Positions 27,141 to 32,000 of a stretch of 32,000 nt of DNA are shown piece by piece. Below the pieces are notes generated by a model, which saw only the letters and a list, made by a program, of their open reading frames with translations, did not search any database and was not told where the DNA came from. This DNA is from Candidatus Thorarchaeota archaeon (GTDB taxonomy: Archaea > Asgardarchaeota > Heimdallarchaeia > Hodarchaeales > Hodarchaeaceae), in contig JBHLRO010000005.1 of NCBI GenBank assembly GCA_048882505.1, forward strand, positions 60,001-92,000, given 5' to 3'. The position numbers were made by a program, and so were the translations under genes. Every line of letters begins with the position of its first letter. Positions within the stretch are counted from its first letter, which is position 1.

Positions 27141-28289
27141 ATGCCTGAAAAGAAATTCACTACAGTATTCCCTTTGGTGAGGGGTAAAACTAGCAAACAA
27201 GCACATGCTGATTTACCAAAATATAATGAAAACACCACTTTTGAGGAAGAGCATGGAAGAAAGGGATTTTTCGGAAAAGTTTCTCATTTATACCATATTC
27301 ATCCTCCAACTGGTTGGATCAACATTGACGGACCACTTAAGCCAGAACTTCTGGATACAAACCTTCTGGAACCTAATGGTTCGAACGATGTATGGAGCAC
27401 GCCTACCGTCCTGATGCAAAATTCGGATGTCAAATTGAAAGTTTCCAAACGTTCTGGACCGATGCCGTATTATTTTCGCAATTCGGAAGGCGATGACCTA
27501 TGGTTTGTCCATCAAGGAAAGGGAACCATCGAAACAACCTATGGTCCTTTGGAGTTCGATCAGGGAGATTATATCGTAATTCCGAGGGGAACCATGTACA
27601 GAGTCGTTCCTGAAACTAAAAATAATCATTTTTTGGTGATCGAATCTAGATCGGAGATCGAAATACCCGATAGAGGGATGTTAGGTCCTAATGCTTTGTT
27701 TGATCCCGCAGTTATAGAGACTCCAGAGCCCGCTCCAATAATTAACTCTGATAAAAAGGATTGGATTGTCCGAGTCAAACGTAATGATCAATATACTGAT
27801 TTCACTTTTCCTTATAATCCAATTGATGTCATTGGCTGGAAAGGAGATGTAACGCCATGGAAACTAAACATTCACGATTTTCGCCCGATTATGTCCCATA
27901 GATACCATTTACCTCCTTCAGCACATACAACATTCCTCAGTTCTACGGGGAGTTTTGTTATCTGTTCATTTGTTCCCAGGCCATTTGAAACGGAAGAATC
28001 GGCGATAAAAGTTCCTTTTCATCATTCAAATGTTGATTATGATGAAATAATCTTTTATCATGATGGTAATTTCTTCTCAAGGGATAATATTAGCTCTGGT
28101 ATGATAACATTTCACCCGTGCGGATTTACGCATGGCCCACATCCCAAGGCCCTAACTAAGATGTTTAAGCAAAATAAAACAATGACAGATGAATATGCAG
28201 TAATGCTTGATACAAAAAATCCCATGGAATTAACTCCTGAAGGAAGAGGAGTTGCCAATCCAGATTACTGGAAGTCTTGGATGAGCTAA
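27141..28289 (+). CDS. hmgA: Homogentisate 1,2-dioxygenase
   Basis: EEEHGRKGFFG, FRNSEGDDLWFVHQGKG, GDYIVIPRG, HYHLPPS-like HRYHLPPSAH, HSNVDYDE, HPCGFTHGPH, YAVMLDT. Confidence 0.93.
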   Translation: MPEKKFTTVFPLVRGKTSKQAHADLPKYNENTTFEEEHGRKGFFGKVSHLYHIHPPTGWINIDGPLKPELLDTNLLEPNGSNDVWSTPTVLMQNSDVKLKVSKRSGPMPYYFRNSEGDDLWFVHQGKGTIETTYGPLEFDQGDYIVIPRGTMYRVVPETKNNHFLVIESRSEIEIPDRGMLGPNALFDPAVIETPEPAPIINSDKKDWIVRVKRNDQYTDFTFPYNPIDVIGWKGDVTPWKLNIHDFRPIMSHRYHLPPSAHTTFLSSTGSFVICSFVPRPFETEESAIKVPFHHSNVDYDEIIFYHDGNFFSRDNISSGMITFHPCGFTHGPHPKALTKMFKQNKTMTDEYAVMLDTKNPMELTPEGRGVANPDYWKSWMS

Positions 28290-28323
28290 ATAAGAGTCTT
28301 TTAGATCTAGGTTTGAAGGACCT

Positions 28324-29319
28324 ATGCTACGCAGCCTTTACTCATTCCTTCACACGAGTATTGATTATGCGGGAATCTATCCTCCCGCAAATCTTTCAAT
28401 AGAAATGGCCCTCCGAAAGTATTCAGAATATAGAAACATAGCTGAATCATGGATGCTAGCACGATTTGTAATTGGAACGCCGTTTTTACCTCAACTAGAG
28501 AACTTTGAAGAGATATTTCTTGCCCCGCCTAAATTTAGGTTCTCCATCCTAAATCAGAAGACTAAGAAACTGGAATCCTTCCCACAAACACTTGATTCCG
28601 ATATACAACAAGTTGAAACGTTCATTGAGAACTATAAATCGAATATCCAAATAGAATCTTTTGAGATTAGGCTTCCCGAAGCGGTCGGGCTCACTTCTGA
28701 TGAAAAAGCTATTCTGAACGTTCTAGATAGAACCATGAGCGTCGTTGAAGCAAGTAACCTGCCAAGGGATATTCAAATCTTCTTCGAGAGCACATATCCA
28801 GGCAATTGGAAGATTAAGCTAGAGAATGTACTCAATGGCCTTTCCACTTTGAATCATACATTAGCCAAAAAGTCGTATAATCCAAACAGAATCGGCTTCA
28901 AGATAAGAACCGGGGGCGAAACAAAGGCTTCGATTCCCTCAGTAGAGTTTGTATCGAGAGTCATATACGAGTGTGGTAGGCTTAATATTCCCCTTAAGGC
29001 AACAGCTGGACTTCACCATCCCTTAAGGCATTATGATATTGGATCGGATCAGATTCTGCATGGTTTTATTAATCTGATAGGAGCAGCGGTTCTGAATTAC
29101 GAGAACGAATTAACATTAGAGACGATTCAAAAGATCATTGAAACTGAGGACACCAATGATTTCGTTTTTGGGAATGGAGACTTTAGATGGAACAATTATG
29201 CAATTTCGGAGGTAAAAATTGCAGAGGCAAGACAAAGGACCTTTATTTCCTTCGGAAGTTGTGATTTCGATGATCCTCGTCTAGATCTCAAAAAACTTCA
29301 TTATAAACTACGCCCCTAA
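28324..29319 (+). CDS. Conserved hypothetical (beta/alpha)-barrel protein between hmgA and fahA
   Basis: [40 protein letters not shown]: a family I recall next to fahA/hmgA in bacteria; function unknown. Confidence 0.8.
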   Translation: MLRSLYSFLHTSIDYAGIYPPANLSIEMALRKYSEYRNIAESWMLARFVIGTPFLPQLENFEEIFLAPPKFRFSILNQKTKKLESFPQTLDSDIQQVETFIENYKSNIQIESFEIRLPEAVGLTSDEKAILNVLDRTMSVVEASNLPRDIQIFFESTYPGNWKIKLENVLNGLSTLNHTLAKKSYNPNRIGFKIRTGGETKASIPSVEFVSRVIYECGRLNIPLKATAGLHHPLRHYDIGSDQILHGFINLIGAAVLNYENELTLETIQKIIETEDTNDFVFGNGDFRWNNYAISEVKIAEARQRTFISFGSCDFDDPRLDLKKLHYKLRP

Positions 29320-29357
29320 CTTACCTTAGAGCTATTGGCCCCAAAGGAAAGATTAAA

Positions 29358-30656
29358 ATGACTACATTGAAGGAAACTATAGATCCGAATTTACGCTCTT
29401 TTGTTTCTGTACCCGCAGATTCTCATTTTCCAATTCAAAATTTACCTTATGGTGTTTTTCAAGTTCAAAAACATCCGCCGCGTGTCGGAGTTGCTATTGG
29501 AGATCTGGTGCTCGATCTTGCAGAAATCGATCATCTTGGGTTTTTCCGCGATACGGTTTTGGAAGGATCGCATGCATTTGATCAGCCTTTTCTAAATAAA
29601 TTCATGTCTTTGGGAAGGGAGGCTTGGACTGAAGCACGAATTACAATTTCAGAAATCCTCAATATAGAAAATTCGGTCCTCCAAGATGACCTGGAACTGA
29701 GGAAACGGGTTCTTATACCTCAAGAAGAAGCCAATCTCCGTTTACCGGTCCAGATTGTTGACTACACTGATTTTTATTCATCAAAATACCATGCGTATAA
29801 CGTTGGAGTTATGTTTAGGGGAAAGGAAAATGCCTTGCAACCTAATTGGCTACATTTGCCTGTAGGTTATCACGGAAGGGCAAGTTCAGTTGTGGTAAGT
29901 GGGACATCCCTTCATCGACCACATGGGCAACTGAAATCAGATGAAGAAGATAACCCTAAACTGGGATCATGTAAACAACTGGATTACGAGCTAGAAATGG
30001 GATTCTTCATTGGTGTGGGGAATGATTTGGGAATCCCAATCCCAATAAAAGAAGCCGCCGAACACATCTTCGGAATGGTAATTGTAAACGATTGGAGTGC
30101 ACGAGACATTCAAAGATGGGAATATGTGCCATTGGGGCCCTTTTTGGGAAAGAGTTTTGGCACATCTATTTCCCCCTGGGTGGTTACTCTTGACGCATTA
30201 AGTCCGTTTAGAGTGGCCAATACTGAACAAAAGAATCCGACTCCATTACCTTACCTTCGATCCCCTGATAACTGGGGTTTAGATATCGAATTAGAAGTAT
30301 TTATAAAGACTAAAGCGTTGGAAAAACCGTTTCGTGCAGCTAAAACGAATTTAAAGTACCTTTACTGGAATATCCTCCAACAAGCAACGCATCATACAAT
30401 TAATGGCTGTAATCTTCAAACAGGGGATCTACTGGCCACGGGAACTCTAAGTGGACCGAATCCTGGATCTTATGGCTCCCTTCTTGAAACTTCTTGGAAA
30501 GGAACGAAATCATTAAAGCTTCCGAATGGCGAAACTCGAAAGTTTCTTGAAGATGGAGACCGTGTGATAATGACTGGTTGGTGTCAAGGACCAGGATATC
30601 GGGTTGGATTTGGCGAAGTAGTCACGGAATTATTATCCAGCCTTCCTTTAACCTAA
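29358..30656 (+). CDS. fahA: Fumarylacetoacetase (long, eukaryote-like type)
   Basis: [85 protein letters not shown]. Confidence 0.97.
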   Translation: MTTLKETIDPNLRSFVSVPADSHFPIQNLPYGVFQVQKHPPRVGVAIGDLVLDLAEIDHLGFFRDTVLEGSHAFDQPFLNKFMSLGREAWTEARITISEILNIENSVLQDDLELRKRVLIPQEEANLRLPVQIVDYTDFYSSKYHAYNVGVMFRGKENALQPNWLHLPVGYHGRASSVVVSGTSLHRPHGQLKSDEEDNPKLGSCKQLDYELEMGFFIGVGNDLGIPIPIKEAAEHIFGMVIVNDWSARDIQRWEYVPLGPFLGKSFGTSISPWVVTLDALSPFRVANTEQKNPTPLPYLRSPDNWGLDIELEVFIKTKALEKPFRAAKTNLKYLYWNILQQATHHTINGCNLQTGDLLATGTLSGPNPGSYGSLLETSWKGTKSLKLPNGETRKFLEDGDRVIMTGWCQGPGYRVGFGEVVTELLSSLPLT

Positions 30657-30694
30657 ACCATTGATTGGAGAGTACAGTTAGGAGGAAAAAAAAA

Positions 30695-31087
30695 ATGGAT
30701 TATTATATAATCTGGTGTGATTTGAAGAATAGCGCAAGGGATTTAGAATTTGTCCAAAGCGTCAGAACTTATCTGGGACATCTTCAAGGAAAGGAACTTA
30801 TAGAGGGTTTCAAGATTACGAGACGAAAACTGGGTTTTGGGCCAAATGAATTGGGAGAATTTATGCTAACACTCGCTGTTAGAAATATGGCTCAATTAGA
30901 GAACACTTTTGAGCTGGTAGCAACAAGAGAAGGCGTAGTTGAGGAGTTCCATAGAGCGGTGTATTCTGCCGTTACAAACTTTAAAGCAGCACTTTATCGA
31001 GACTTTCCAGACCCTATCAGGACTTTAAGTGAAAAAAAGAACAGTGTTTCTGGAGAGAAAGATCTACGGGGGAATTTGGAAATTTAG
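30695..31087 (+). CDS. DUF6614-like protein (dimeric alpha/beta-barrel)
   Basis: YYIIWCDLK, RRKLGFGP, LGEF, ALYRDFPD; ATG at 30695 with SD GGAGG preferred over the tracked start at 30665. Family name from memory. Confidence 0.7.
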   Translation: MDYYIIWCDLKNSARDLEFVQSVRTYLGHLQGKELIEGFKITRRKLGFGPNELGEFMLTLAVRNMAQLENTFELVATREGVVEEFHRAVYSAVTNFKAALYRDFPDPIRTLSEKKNSVSGEKDLRGNLEI

Positions 31088-31089
31088 AG

Positions 31090-31602
31090 GTGGAAAAATT
31101 GGATGCCTATACTCAAATTATTCATAGATTAGAAACTCGAAACTTTATGGAGGAACAGAATATTCCTAATGCCATAGTTCGGAAAATTGTTGAAGCTGGT
31201 CGCTTGTCTCCATCCGCAATGAATCGTCAACCATGGAAATTTAAGGTTATTACGAATCAGAGCAAACTAGCGGAATTGGCTTTGATCCATCGACATGCAC
31301 GTTTTGTTGGTTCCGCAGGTTTTGCAGTTGCGGTGTATATATCCGATCAGAAATATGGTCTAATTGATGCTACAAGGGCAATCAGCCATATGCAAATAGC
31401 GGCCTGGTTATTATCACCACGGATTGGTTCATGCTTTAATTTTGGCTGGAACGAAGGGCAGGTCGAAGAAATAATAGGACCAGTTGCCGGATATCAATTA
31501 TTTACCATCATTCCGTTTGGATATCCGAGGATTTCAAACGTTCAGGGTAAGAAAAACAGAAAACCATGGAACGAAGTTGTGCTTGAAGATCAAGGTTCAT
31601 GA
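31090..31602 (+). CDS. Nitroreductase-family flavoprotein
   Basis: RLETRNF, AGRLSPSAMNRQPWKF, GIGSC-like RIGSCF, IIPFGYP. Confidence 0.9.
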   Translation: MEKLDAYTQIIHRLETRNFMEEQNIPNAIVRKIVEAGRLSPSAMNRQPWKFKVITNQSKLAELALIHRHARFVGSAGFAVAVYISDQKYGLIDATRAISHMQIAAWLLSPRIGSCFNFGWNEGQVEEIIGPVAGYQLFTIIPFGYPRISNVQGKKNRKPWNEVVLEDQGS

Positions 31603-31615
31603 TCAAAACAGGAAT

Positions 31616-32000
31616 CTAGGAGAGAATTTCCGCAAAAGCTCGAACTGGCATTGCTGCAACTTGTTTTCCTTTGATAGGAACACAGAAAAACCTGAACCGT
31701 TTATTGTATAGCGCGCTTAAATTGGTTAGGTTCTCAACTATCAAGATATCATTTTTCAGGAATTCAGTGTGTGCGGGCCTAGCCAAATTGCGTGAATCGT
31801 CAATATTGATTGTATCGACACCTACTAAACCTACGTTAGTTTTTGAAAGAAACTTGATTAGCTTTTCAGATATGAATGGGTAGTCGTGGTACTTTTCTGT
31901 CCCCCAATGTTGATCCCACCCGAAATTAATTAAGATCGCCTTGTTAGCAATCTCCAATTCATCTGGAATAATTTCTAAACCAACAGACGTTCCAGCTGAT
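31616..32000 (-). CDS. Cyclase / kynurenine-formamidase-like metal hydrolase, C-terminal part (5' end beyond the window)
   Basis: Frame stays open from 31957 to the edge; LVGVDTINID, AHTEFL, IVENLTNL, PVRAFA. Confidence 0.85.
   Translation of the reverse strand, partial: SAGTSVGLEIIPDELEIANKAILINFGWDQHWGTEKYHDYPFISEKLIKFLSKTNVGLVGVDTINIDDSRNLARPAHTEFLKNDILIVENLTNLSALYNKRFRFFCVPIKGKQVAAMPVRAFAEILS

Noticed and set aside
30686-30695. A10 run between the SD and ATG of the DUF6614-like gene as a phase-variation tract
   Set aside because: It lies outside the coding frame, A-rich spacers are common here, and there is no evidence of length variation.
1-32000. CRISPR arrays, tRNA/rRNA genes, transposases, integrases
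   Set aside because: No periodic repeats, cloverleaf or rRNA signatures, or DDE/tyrosine/serine recombinase motifs were seen by eye.

Overview
Archaeal chromosomal DNA with no rRNA, tRNA, CRISPR array or mobile element that I could detect. An Asgard origin (probably Heimdallarchaeia/Hodarchaeales) is inferred from two longin-like proteins, a CTERM-type surface anchor, a tandem Lrp-like regulator and a PolB2 operon. The left third is DNA-repair rich: an XPB-like helicase with an N-terminal Zn finger (truncated at the edge and missing from the ORF track), a DUF72 protein carrying a PIP box and Zn ribbon, a 692-aa orphan, and an inactive RadA / small helical protein / PolB2 mutasome-like operon. 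The middle holds housekeeping and accessory genes: C45 peptidase, ArsR, GNAT-YoaP, DUF547, a tandem-longin protein, a dual-specificity phosphatase divergent from glgA, hisS and a surface-anchored DUF362 protein. At 21.9-25.6 kb a double-Lrp regulator faces a 44-aa signal-peptide-like ORF, an unknown ORF, a longin protein and a pseudo-histidine kinase; this is a candidate undescribed peptide-signalling locus. The right end is an O2-dependent tyrosine catabolism cluster (hppD, hmgA, fahA) with no maiA but an uncharacterised barrel protein in its place. Two genes are interrupted by single-base frameshifts, one at an A_AAA_AAC slippery site. All family assignments are from motif recognition by eye, not database searches.
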